This document shows positions 51,856-60,218 of a stretch of DNA of 64,000 nucleotides, in pieces. The position numbers and the translations under genes are program-made. Numbering within the stretch: the stretch's first letter is position 1; every line of letters begins with the position of its first letter. The notes below the pieces were generated by a model. It saw only the letters and a list, made by a program, of their open reading frames with translations, ran no database searches and was not told the origin of the DNA. Where the stretch lies: contig JBIQKJ010000010.1 of the NCBI GenBank assembly GCA_044506615.1, positions 68,440 to 132,439 on the forward strand. Reading direction: 5' to 3'. This DNA is from Chloroflexota bacterium. Lineage in GTDB: Bacteria > Chloroflexota > Limnocylindria > Limnocylindrales > CSP1-4.

Positions 51856-51863
51856 CGCGTACT
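51856..51863. repeat. Target-site duplication CGCGTACT (right copy)
   Basis: See 50432-50439. Confidence 0.75.
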
Positions 51864-51958
51864 AGTCCTCCGGAGCATGAGCACGAAGTTCGGGAACAAG
51901 AGGGGCACGAGAACCCCGGGCCGCCCCCGCCCGTTGCGGCCCCGCGTCTCACCCGGAA

Positions 51959-52696
51959 CTACCCCCGAGCGCCGCCACTCCCCGCCGCGCGGCGGACCCG
52001 CCGGCGCAGCCGTCGGCTTCGAGCCGGAAGCTCGTCGGCGGCTACGAACCAGATCCCGGCAATCGCGCCCCGCGGCCGCAGGATCCAGGACCGGATTGCC
52101 GGCATCCGCTCGGGGAGGACGGAATCGAATGACGCGGCATGCCGCGACACGACCGTACGGTTTGCGGTCGTTCCGGGCAGCACGAGCAGCCGGGCGACAT
52201 GGGCGGGATCCCAGCCGCGATCGCGTCGAACGATTCCCGGCACGAGCCGGACCTTCCGGGCATACGAGGCGAACGTGTCCTGGAGGTCCGTGAGCCGCGA
52301 CTTCACCTCGACGATCAGCAGGATCCGTTCGGTTGGATGCCAGGCGAGGACATCCACCGAGCCCCGCTCGCCGTACTCGTTGAAGCCGAACTCGACCTCG
52401 GTCTCCCACCCGGCCGACCGCAACCGCTCGACGACATGCTCGACCACGCCGGCGTGTGCACCGTCGACGAGCCGGTCCAGCTCGCCCCGCATCCACCGTG
52501 CCTCCAAGAACAGGCGGACTTCGAGCACAGCGGCGACCTGCTCGAGCTGGCCGACGGTCATGCCGTCGATCTGCCCGCGCTCGATCCGCGACACGACCGA
52601 TTGGCTCACCCCGGCCTTCCCGGCAACGTCCGCCTGGCGAAAGCCCAAGTGCAACCGAACCGCCCTCAGGCGAGTCCCAAACCGAGCTCCGTTCAC
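51959..52696 (-). CDS. XRE-family HTH fused to PD-(D/E)xK nuclease-like domain
   Basis: GTG 52696 (TTG 52795 possible). FGTRLRAVRLHLGFRQADVAGKAGVSQSVVSRIERG HTH, then ERGSVDVLAW...LLIVEVKSRL (D...ExK). Confidence 0.6.
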   Translation of the reverse strand: MNGARFGTRLRAVRLHLGFRQADVAGKAGVSQSVVSRIERGQIDGMTVGQLEQVAAVLEVRLFLEARWMRGELDRLVDGAHAGVVEHVVERLRSAGWETEVEFGFNEYGERGSVDVLAWHPTERILLIVEVKSRLTDLQDTFASYARKVRLVPGIVRRDRGWDPAHVARLLVLPGTTANRTVVSRHAASFDSVLPERMPAIRSWILRPRGAIAGIWFVAADELPARSRRLRRRVRRAAGSGGARG

Positions 52697-52860
52697 GGCG
52701 CCAGTCTGTCGGTGCGCGATTGCCTGCCGATCTACCGGCACTTCACCGGCACTTAGCCGCGCGAGAAGAGGAGCAACTGCTCGACCTCGAACCAACCTAG
52801 CCCGCGCATCAGATCGGATACGTAGATCGCCGGTGAAGCGCCGCCTCGCATGCTCCCCTG

Positions 52861-53550
52861 ATGGCGGTCCTCACGAGGCTTGCATCGCGGGCCCTCGACC
52901 TGGCGTTCCCCGCGACCTGTGCGGGCTGCGGGCGTGAAGGCGACCCGATCTGCCGGCGCTGCGCTCCGGCCCTCGACGCCCGCCTCGAGCTCGCCGCAGG
53001 CATCCCGTTCGGGCTCGAGTCGGACGTCCCGGAGCCGCTCCTCCAGCTCGAGTGGTGTGCGCCGTTCACCGGCGTCGTCCGGACGGCCCTCCATCAGCTG
53101 AAGTACGCCGGCGAACGCCGCCACGCCGAGCCCCTTGGTCGCGCGATTGCACGCCGATGGTCGCGAGTCGGCGTCGGCGGCGACGTCCTCGTCCCGGTGC
53201 CGGTCCACCGGGATCGCGCACGCCAGCGCGGATACGATCAGGCCCTGCTGATCGCGGAGGTTGCAGGGCGCGAGCTCGGCCTCCCGATGGCGCCGCTGCT
53301 CGAGCGCGCCCGAGCGACCACCGCCCAGTTCGACCTCGATCGCGCGACGCGGGCGACGAATGTCCGTGGCGCCTTCCGCCTGCGCCCGCCGCCGGCGAGC
53401 CTCGGCGCTCGTGAACCACTGCGGGGCCGCTGGATCGTGCTGGTCGACGACGTCGTCACGACGGGCGCCACCCTCGCCGCCTGCGCCGCTCCCCTGCTCG
53501 AGGCGGGTGCGATCGGCGTGTCCGCGGTGGCCGTCGCGCGCGAGCGGTAG
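52861..53550 (+). CDS. comF: ComF-family protein (ComFC-like phosphoribosyltransferase)
   Basis: N-terminal CxxC...CxxC (CAGCGREGDPICRRC), LKYAGERR, PVPVH, WIVLVDDVVTTGATL PRTase motif. Confidence 0.8.
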   Translation: MAVLTRLASRALDLAFPATCAGCGREGDPICRRCAPALDARLELAAGIPFGLESDVPEPLLQLEWCAPFTGVVRTALHQLKYAGERRHAEPLGRAIARRWSRVGVGGDVLVPVPVHRDRARQRGYDQALLIAEVAGRELGLPMAPLLERARATTAQFDLDRATRATNVRGAFRLRPPPASLGAREPLRGRWIVLVDDVVTTGATLAACAAPLLEAGAIGVSAVAVARER

Positions 53551-53617
53551 CGCGAGCGGGACCTTTGGCCGAGCGGCCGGGACGACACGGCCCGGGCCAG
53601 CCTCGGAAGGCCCGGAC

Positions 53618-53623
53618 TATACT
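53618..53623 (+). promoter_or_regulatory. Candidate -10 box TATACT for hpf (leadered transcript)
   Basis: TATACT lies about 80 nt upstream of GTG 53705. GGGAGG SD at 53693-53698. Confidence 0.35.
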
Positions 53624-53704
53624 CGTGGTCCGACGGCCGACCGACCGGCCGGCCCGACGAATCGCAGCTCCTGCCAGCGAGGCACCGCCTCAGGGAGGTC
53701 ACGC

Positions 53705-54298
53705 GTGAGGACGATCGTCAAGGGCAAGAATGTCGAGGTCCCCGAGCGGGTACGGGAGTACGCGGAACGCCGCCTTCGCCGCATCGAGCGCCTCACCGAC
53801 GATCGAACGGACGCCATCGTCGAGCTCTCGAACGAGAAGCACCGGAGCGCCGCCGACGCCCACCGCGCCGACGTCACGCTGGTCATCGACGGCGCCACCC
53901 TCCACAGCCACGCGACCGGAGGTACGTACCAGGCCGCGCTCGACACCGTCGTCGATAAGGTCGAGCGACGGGCCGTCGACCACAAGAAGAAGCCGCGCCT
54001 GAAGGCGCGCGCGCCCGAGGAGAAGCAGATCCTCCGCCTGATCGCGGACGGCACGGCCGAGCCTGATGCCGAGCGCCGGGTCGTCAAGACGAAGCGCTTT
54101 GCGATCGAGCCGATGTTCGAGGAGGACGCGATCGCGTCGATGGAGGAGCTCGGGCACCAGTTCTTCGTGTTCGTGAATGCGGAGAGCGAGCGGGTCGCGA
54201 TCCTGTACGCCCGCAAGGACGGCGATTACGGCCTCATCGAGCCGGTCGTCGGCGGCGAGTACACGAAGGGCCGCGCCGGCTCGAACGGCCGGCATTGA
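53705..54298 (+). CDS. hpf: Ribosome hibernation promoting factor, long form
   Basis: GTG 53705 after GGGAGG. VRTIVKGKNVEVPERVREYAERRL N-terminal domain. C-terminal dimerisation domain KRFAIEPMFEEDAIASMEELGHQFFVFVN. Confidence 0.9.
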   Translation: MRTIVKGKNVEVPERVREYAERRLRRIERLTDDRTDAIVELSNEKHRSAADAHRADVTLVIDGATLHSHATGGTYQAALDTVVDKVERRAVDHKKKPRLKARAPEEKQILRLIADGTAEPDAERRVVKTKRFAIEPMFEEDAIASMEELGHQFFVFVNAESERVAILYARKDGDYGLIEPVVGGEYTKGRAGSNGRH

Positions 54299-54299
54299 G

Positions 54300-55184
54300 C
54301 TAGGGGCGCTCGACCGCCATCAGGGGACGGGTCGCCGGGGTGATGCCGTCCGGCCGGGACTCTCGATAGGGTGGACCGAGCCGCCAGAGCGCGATCGGGG
54401 CGAGGATCACGACCAGCTGGCCCCAGTACAGGTTCGGGCTGGCGAGCATTGCCCCGAGCGCGCGCGTCCAGGGGCGCTGCAGGGCCAGGAGCACGGCCGC
54501 GATCGGAAGCCGCACCAGGAACGGCACCGGCACGAGCGGCGCGATCGGGTCCTCCGCGTTCTCGAGGAGCTCCGCGATCCATTCGCCGTACCAGCCGAGC
54601 CACGGCAGCGTGATGACGGCCACAGCAAGGGCAGCGATCAGGAACTGCCGCCAGAGACGGGGCGGCAGCGCGAGCGCCGGCCAGATCTTTGCCCAGGACA
54701 TGATCGCCAGCGGCCAGACGTTGCGGCGCTGCGCCTCCACGATCGCTGCGGCGCAGAGGATGTTGAGCTGGCCCGCCCCCATCTCGGTCACGACCAGCGG
54801 GAACCACATCAGCCAGCCCGCCCGAAGCCAGGATCTCCCCGCGATGGCCCACAGCGCGACGAAGTCGAGCGCGATGATCGCGATGTGCATGGCGCCGTAG
54901 GGGAGCGCGGCGAACGGCGCCAGGATGAACCCCCACGGCGGCCCGTAGAAGAACAGGACACCGTAGGGAGACTCTCCTCGAAGGACGTCCCAGCCCGCCG
55001 GATAGAAGACGGCGACGAGGTCTCCGGCCGGGAACCACCAGTCCTGATTCAGGAACCCGTTCAGCAAGCCGAAGATCGCGAACAGGTAGCCACCCACGCT
55101 GAATGCCACCTGGAAGCGCCTGTCCCCGAACACGCCGACCAGCCTCGCGCCCGATGCCCGTTTCGTCACCGACCCAGAGGTCAC
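54300..55184 (-). CDS. DUF2029/GT87-like polytopic membrane protein (outlying copy)
   Basis: GTG 55184 overlaps the regulator stop (GTGA). AGDLVAVFYPAGWDVLRGESPY after TM1. About 8 TM helices. Confidence 0.6.
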   Translation of the reverse strand: MTSGSVTKRASGARLVGVFGDRRFQVAFSVGGYLFAIFGLLNGFLNQDWWFPAGDLVAVFYPAGWDVLRGESPYGVLFFYGPPWGFILAPFAALPYGAMHIAIIALDFVALWAIAGRSWLRAGWLMWFPLVVTEMGAGQLNILCAAAIVEAQRRNVWPLAIMSWAKIWPALALPPRLWRQFLIAALAVAVITLPWLGWYGEWIAELLENAEDPIAPLVPVPFLVRLPIAAVLLALQRPWTRALGAMLASPNLYWGQLVVILAPIALWRLGPPYRESRPDGITPATRPLMAVERP

Positions 55185-55756
55185 GCTCGGCGGTACTCCC
55201 CTGCTGCCCGGGTGACGAGGCCGCCGTCGACCATGTATCGGCGCAGCGACGCGACATCCGGGTGGAAGAGCGCGAGCCGCTGGTTGACCTCCTTCTCCGG
55301 GTACGGTCGGTCCTCGGTGAAGACGCGGTCGCGCAGATAGCGCAGGACGACGAGCCGCTTCCGCTCCTGGGCCGGGATCGTCGTGAGGCGGCCGTCGTCG
55401 AGGAACGAGCGGAGGATCCGCGCGTCCTCCGCCGTCAGCGGCTCGCCGTCGGGGCCGGTCGCGAGCGTCGGATCGTCGCCGGCGGTCGCGTCGAGCGCGG
55501 CGAGCCGCCGGCCGACGTCGTTGATGGCCTCGACCCTGAGTCCGAAGATAGGCCCCGCGCCACCCCTGGTGGACCGAGCCTCGACGAGCCCGAGGCGCTG
55601 CAGGAGCCCGAGCTGCCGGTTGACGACCGCGGTCGACAGACCGGTCGTCTCGCTGAGCTCGGCCAGCGTGCGATCGGCGGTCCCGAGCGCCCCGATGACC
55701 CGGAGACGCGGAACGTCGGCGAACGCCTTGAGCGTCTCGAGCAGGTCGCGATCCAT
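55181..55756 (-). CDS. ArsR-type winged-HTH regulator with DUF2087-like C-terminal domain
   Basis: RLRVIGALGTADRTLAELSETTGLSTAVVNRQLGLLQRLGLVE; C-terminal YPEKEVNQRLALFHPDVASLRRYMVDGGLV. Confidence 0.7.
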   Translation of the reverse strand: MDRDLLETLKAFADVPRLRVIGALGTADRTLAELSETTGLSTAVVNRQLGLLQRLGLVEARSTRGGAGPIFGLRVEAINDVGRRLAALDATAGDDPTLATGPDGEPLTAEDARILRSFLDDGRLTTIPAQERKRLVVLRYLRDRVFTEDRPYPEKEVNQRLALFHPDVASLRRYMVDGGLVTRAAGEYRRA

Positions 55757-55773
55757 GGTCCGGCCATCGTACG

Positions 55774-56742
55774 ATGCCCCGGATGCTTCCCGACGGCCGC
55801 CGCATCGGAGCCCACCTCCCGCTCGGCACGGGGATGGTCAAGGCGGTCGATCGGGCGCACGAGATCGGCGCCCAGGCGATCCAGATCTTCTCGGACAACC
55901 CGACCTCCTGGCGGCGCCGCGCCGCGCCCCCGAAGGAGCAGCCGGCGTTTCGGGCTCGGCTCCGCGCGCTCGGCATCGAGCCGGTCGCGATCCACGCCGC
56001 GTACCTCGTCAACCTCGCCGGGCCCGACCCGACGTTCTGGTCCCAGTCGATCGAGATCCTCGCCCACGAGCTCGAGACCGGGCCGGGGTTCCTCGCGCGG
56101 TTCGTGAACGTCCACATCGGGTCGCATCGGGGGACCGGCGTCGCGATGGGGACCGCCCGGGTCGCCGACGGCGTGCGCCGGGCGCTCGACCACGTCGACG
56201 ACACGCCCCGGACCCCGATGGTCGTGCTCGAGAATTCGGCCGGCGGGGGCTTCGGGTTGGGGGCATCGATCGAGGAGCTCGCGGGCATCGCGGACGCGCT
56301 CGCCGCGTGCGGCGTGCCCGAGCGTCGCGTCGGGTTCTGCCTCGACACCGCGCACGCCTGGGGGGCCGGTCACGACGTCTCCGATCCCCAGGCGATCGAT
56401 CGGCTGCTCGAGGCGTTCGATGCGCGTGTCGGGCTCCGGCGGCTCGTGATGATCCACCTCAACGATTCGAAGTCGGAGCTCGGGTCACACACGGACCGGC
56501 ACGAGCACATCGGGGCGGGTCAGATCGGCGAGGCCGGCATGGCCCACCTGCTGCGGCACCCGCGGCTCGCCCACGCCACGTACGTCATCGAAACGCCGGG
56601 CATGGACGAGGGGTACGACGCGATCAACCTGCGGCGGGCATTCGACCTGGCCGCCGGTCGGCCGCTCGAGCCGCTGCCGCCCGAGGCGATGCACGTCCGA
56701 GGCAGCCGGTCGAGAACGCCCCCGGAGCCGATCGAGGAGTGA
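55774..56742 (+). CDS. nfo: Endonuclease IV (AP endonuclease family 2)
   Basis: IGAHLPL, AIQIFSDNP, HAAYLVNLA, VNVHIGSH, VVLENSAG, CLDTAHAW, IHLNDSK, DRHEHIG. Confidence 0.9.
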   Translation: MPRMLPDGRRIGAHLPLGTGMVKAVDRAHEIGAQAIQIFSDNPTSWRRRAAPPKEQPAFRARLRALGIEPVAIHAAYLVNLAGPDPTFWSQSIEILAHELETGPGFLARFVNVHIGSHRGTGVAMGTARVADGVRRALDHVDDTPRTPMVVLENSAGGGFGLGASIEELAGIADALAACGVPERRVGFCLDTAHAWGAGHDVSDPQAIDRLLEAFDARVGLRRLVMIHLNDSKSELGSHTDRHEHIGAGQIGEAGMAHLLRHPRLAHATYVIETPGMDEGYDAINLRRAFDLAAGRPLEPLPPEAMHVRGSRSRTPPEPIEE

Positions 56743-58367
56743 GGGTGACCGAGGGGACCGAGGGGATCGGCGGGGCGGCGCGCCCGCGAGCGTGGTCGAT
56801 CTCCGCCGAGCTCATGGCGCTGCTCGTCATCGTCGCGCTGGCGGCGCTGCTGCGCCTCCCCGACCTGCCGCTGCGCGGCACCTGGGACAGCGACCAGGGA
56901 CACGACATGCTCGTGCTTCGGGCGCTCGTCCGCGACGGGGCGCTGCCGCTGCTCGGTCCACCGACGTCGATCGGCGACTTCCACCACGGCGCGCTCTACT
57001 ACTACCTGCTCTCGCCTGCCGCGTTCGTGTCGGGCGGCAGCGTCCCGCACCACGTCGTCGGGTGGATCGCGTTCCAGGGGATCGCCGCGGTGGCAGTCGT
57101 CTGGTGGCTCGCCCGATCGATCGGCGAGTCGGTCGCGGGTGCCGCGGCCGCGCTCCTCATGGCGATCTCCACGTCCGCCGTCGACGAGTCGACGTTCATC
57201 TGGAACCCGAACCCGATCCCGCTCTGGGCCGCACTCGCGCTCGCGACCGCGTGGCGCGCCTGGACGACGGGTCGTGTCCGGTGGTGGCTCGTCGCCGCGG
57301 CCACGACCGCGATGACGATGCAGCTCCACGTGCTCGCGGTGCTGTTCCTGCCGGTCGTGGCCGCGCTGCTCGTGGCCGATGCGCGACGGCGAACCGGGTC
57401 GGACCGTCGACGCGTGCTGCTCGCTGGGCTGGCCGGTCTCGGCATCATCGCGGTCGCGTACGTGCCGCTCGTCGTCCACGAGCTCACGACCGACTTCTCC
57501 GAGACGCGGGCAGCGCTCGACTGGCTCACCGGCGAGCGCGAGCCGTCACGGTTCGATCCGGTGACGCGGCTCCTGATCGTCGGGGTTCGGGTGCTGACGT
57601 GGCCGATCGTTGGGCTGATCTCGGACGCTGGCGCGGTCGCGCTCCTCGGGGCCGTGCTCGTCGTGGGGATCGTTGTGTGGCGCTGGCGGAGCGCCGACCG
57701 CGCCGAACGGGTCGCCGTGCGCTGGCTCGGTCTCGGGCTGCTCTGGTCGTCGGTCTCGCTGAGCTTCGCAGCGACGAGCCTCGCGACGGTTGCCCGCGGC
57801 CTGCCGAACGACCACTACCACGCCTTCGCCGATCCGATGGTGTTCGTGCTGATGGGCCTGGGCGCCGCGGCGGCGGTCCGCCTCGAGGTGCCGCGGCCGG
57901 GGCTGCGGACGAGGCTACGGGCGGCGGGCGCGGCGGGCGCGGGGGGCGCGGTGGGTGCCGCGCTCGTGCTCGGCGGGCTCGTCGCCTGGAACGTGACCCG
58001 GTTGCCGCCCGTGCCGAACCCGGACGGCGGCTTCCCGGCGATGCAGGCGGCGGCGCAGCGGACGGTGTCGGTGCTGGGCGAGCGGTCGTTCGCCTTCGCG
58101 TCTCTGCCCGACTTCAAGTCGACCGAGAACCTCGAGTACCCGCTGCTGCTCGAGGGGCTCGCGCCGGTGCCCGCGGCCGAGGCCGACGCGCTCGTGCTCG
58201 TGTGCGACGGGCTGTTCGAGGCGGCGATCGGGGCGGCGTGCGGCGGGGCGGCCGAGGATGCCGCGGTGCCGCCGTCGACGCGGTTCGTCGAGCTCGTGGA
58301 CCGGTTCGAGGCGCAACCCGAGACGTGGATCTCGGTGTACGTGGCGGCCGCGGCGGTCGGGGAGTAG
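56739..58367 (+). CDS. ArnT/PMT_2-like GT-C membrane glycosyltransferase
   Basis: GTG 56739 overlaps the nfo stop (GTGA); GTG 56745 is also possible. WDSDQGHDMLVLRALVRDG after TM1, about 12 TM helices, C-terminal soluble domain. Confidence 0.7.
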   Translation: MRVTEGTEGIGGAARPRAWSISAELMALLVIVALAALLRLPDLPLRGTWDSDQGHDMLVLRALVRDGALPLLGPPTSIGDFHHGALYYYLLSPAAFVSGGSVPHHVVGWIAFQGIAAVAVVWWLARSIGESVAGAAAALLMAISTSAVDESTFIWNPNPIPLWAALALATAWRAWTTGRVRWWLVAAATTAMTMQLHVLAVLFLPVVAALLVADARRRTGSDRRRVLLAGLAGLGIIAVAYVPLVVHELTTDFSETRAALDWLTGEREPSRFDPVTRLLIVGVRVLTWPIVGLISDAGAVALLGAVLVVGIVVWRWRSADRAERVAVRWLGLGLLWSSVSLSFAATSLATVARGLPNDHYHAFADPMVFVLMGLGAAAAVRLEVPRPGLRTRLRAAGAAGAGGAVGAALVLGGLVAWNVTRLPPVPNPDGGFPAMQAAAQRTVSVLGERSFAFASLPDFKSTENLEYPLLLEGLAPVPAAEADALVLVCDGLFEAAIGAACGGAAEDAAVPPSTRFVELVDRFEAQPETWISVYVAAAAVGE

Positions 58368-58459
58368 GCCCGGGGCCGCCGGGGCGGTCGGGGAGTAGGC
58401 CCGGGGCCGCTGGGGCGGTCGGGGCGGCCGGCGCGGTTGGGGCGGCCGGGGAGTAGGCC
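58353..58459. repeat. 31-bp tandem repeat (2 near-perfect copies plus 1 degenerate) that reiterates the last codons and TAG stop of the preceding gene
   Basis: GCGGTCGGGGAGTAGGCCCGGGGCCGC[C/T]GGG at 58353 and 58384 (30/31 identical). The third copy from 58415 is expanded and ends GGGGAGTAGGCC. Confidence 0.7.
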
Positions 58460-58611
58460 CCCCGTCGGTGCTGTCTCGCGCCGGAACTTCCCTCCGTAGT
58501 CGCCCGAGTACCAGTTACGGGTGACTGGGCTGAATCTCCCTGCTGGGTAGTCGCGGGGCAACTACTACGAAAGAGCCGAGCCCCCTCGCCCTGGTCTGGG
58601 AGCCGGAAACG

Positions 58612-58642
58612 CTCGTACCAGTCTCCCGGGGAGTACGCAGCA
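58612..58642. repeat. GTAC-core imperfect palindromic repeat, copy R1
   Basis: CTCGTACCAGTCTCCCGGGGAGTACGCAGCA. Near-identical to R2, 48 nt downstream. Confidence 0.6.
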
Positions 58643-58659
58643 ACCTCGTCGCGTAACTC

Positions 58660-58692
58660 CTCGCGTACGAGTCTCCCGGGGAATACGCAGCA
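58660..58692. repeat. GTAC-core imperfect palindromic repeat, copy R2
   Basis: CTCGCGTACGAGTCTCCCGGGGAATACGCAGCA. Its 5' half resembles the IS target site CTCGCGTACTAGTCCTCCGG. Confidence 0.6.
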
Positions 58693-58940
58693 GGTTGCGG
58701 GAGCAGCCGGGGCTCGGGCCTGCCCGAGGGGCCCCGGGGCGCCTGAGCGGGAGTGGGGTCCGCTGCCGGGAGGGTCCATCGCCGCGGCCGGCACCGGGAG
58801 ATGCGCCGCTGGCACGGCCGGGAGCCAGCGCCCCGCCAGCTCCTCACCGAATATGCGAACGCCGGCGCCCCAGCGCCGGCGTTCGCTGTCCCCGAGACCC
58901 GGTACGTGGAGGCCGTATCGGGTCGTGCCCTGGTGACTTC

Positions 58941-59540
58941 TCAGTAGCGTCCGGGCTCGCGTCCGGACCGAGCAACGGGTCGAACCGTGGCGATCGTCGA
59001 GATCGTCGCGGTCGGGGTCGTGCGGCGGATCGTGCCGCTGGCCTGGCTCCCCTCGGTCCGCGTCGGCGAGTTGCCGAACGGCCGGGACGAGACGGTGGTC
59101 GTCGGCCGGAGTGCATGGCCTTCACCGCGCTCCGAGCCGCCGCCTCCGCCCGATGTCGAGGTGCCCCCCTCGGGCTGGTAGGCGCGGCCGTAGCGTCGCA
59201 TCCGGACGGCGAGGTAGTACTCCATGATCTGGCGCACCTGCGCCTCGGAGAGCAGGTCGTCGCTGCGGAGCGCGTACTCGACGCGCGCCGTCGGATTGGT
59301 CGTCCCGGACGACACGAGCCCGAGATAGGCGGGCGTGTCGGCGTCGTCTCGGAGCTCCCGAAGTCCTCGGGCGAGCTTGGTTGCCGTACCGAGCGAGGGC
59401 ATGCGGTCGCCGCGGATCAGCCGGGAGATCGTCGAATGGTCGACCCCGGACTGCTGCGCCAGCTGACGCTGGGACATCTTCTTGGCCTTGAGCTGTCCTC
59501 GCAGCCACTCGTTGAACGCTCGGCCGTTCTGGCTCGTCAT
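58941..59540 (-). CDS. XRE-family HTH transcriptional regulator with low-complexity C-terminal tail
   Basis: ATG 59540. FNEWLRGQLKAKKMSQRQLAQQSGVDHSTISRLIRGDRMPS HTH. The tail is Gly/Thr/Ser-rich. Confidence 0.6.
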   Translation of the reverse strand: MTSQNGRAFNEWLRGQLKAKKMSQRQLAQQSGVDHSTISRLIRGDRMPSLGTATKLARGLRELRDDADTPAYLGLVSSGTTNPTARVEYALRSDDLLSEAQVRQIMEYYLAVRMRRYGRAYQPEGGTSTSGGGGGSERGEGHALRPTTTVSSRPFGNSPTRTEGSQASGTIRRTTPTATISTIATVRPVARSGREPGRY

Positions 59541-59915
59541 TGTGCCTGGGCGCTCCGTGAGGTCGGGGCGGCCGTTGCCGCGATGCCCCAACTATCCCGA
59601 CGCCGAGGCGGGGTCGTTATCCCCCGTTGGTACCAAACGGAATGCCGAGCGGCGTCGGGTCCGTTGGGGAGAGGTACGGTCTGTGGCCGTACTCGGTTCG
59701 CGGGGAGTGCCGGGTCGCGCGGGGGGCGGTGCTCCGGGTCCGGGTGGGCGCAACGAGGAAGTACGGGCTGCGCCGCCGTGGTGCTGGTGCGGGCGTGCGC
59801 CAGGGGCTTCGCCCAGGCGACGTCGGGACGTGGACGTGCCGCCGGGCCGCGGCGGGGCGTGCGAGCCGCGCCCTTTCCCAGTCCATAACGCTGGTACCGG
59901 TATATCCGGGCCTAC

Positions 59916-60218
59916 GTGTCGGACAACGCCGTCCACGCCGCCGCTTGTCGCGGTCCGCAACGCTGGGATCGATACGGCGAGCGTGAAGTCGGCGCCAAGG
60001 AGGCCCGAACCCGACGGCCGCACGGCTTGTGCCCGCTCAAGTGCCCGGTATATCGCTATCAGCGTTATGCGTCGACTTTGGGGCCGGGGGTCGACGTTGG
60101 GGGCCGGGGGTCGGCTGCCGCGGAAGGAGTTCGCCGCACGCGCGTCAGGTACGCGCCGGGCGCGCAGGCGGGTCCGAATCGGGTGGTCGGGCGCGGATAC
60201 GACGCGCCCCACGCGTAG
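59916..60218 (+). CDS. Speculative leaderless small ORF (100 aa, basic) in a non-coding island
   Basis: GTG 59916 lies exactly 9 nt after TATATC (59901-59906). Composition is Arg/Gly-rich, so coding is doubtful. Confidence 0.2.
   Translation: MSDNAVHAAACRGPQRWDRYGEREVGAKEARTRRPHGLCPLKCPVYRYQRYASTLGPGVDVGGRGSAAAEGVRRTRVRYAPGAQAGPNRVVGRGYDAPHA

Noticed and set aside
51681-52496. ORFs 51681..52496 (minus), 51877..52293 (plus) and 52139..52756 (plus) around the IS right flank
   Set aside because: They overlap the HTH-nuclease gene in other frames or strands and are Arg/Pro/Gly-rich. The HTH plus D...ExK reading frame is the only one with recognisable motifs.
58353-58459. Possible CRISPR array
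   Set aside because: The 31-nt units are directly abutting with no spacers, there are only two to three copies, and no cas genes are nearby. I treat it as a tandem repeat, not a CRISPR array.
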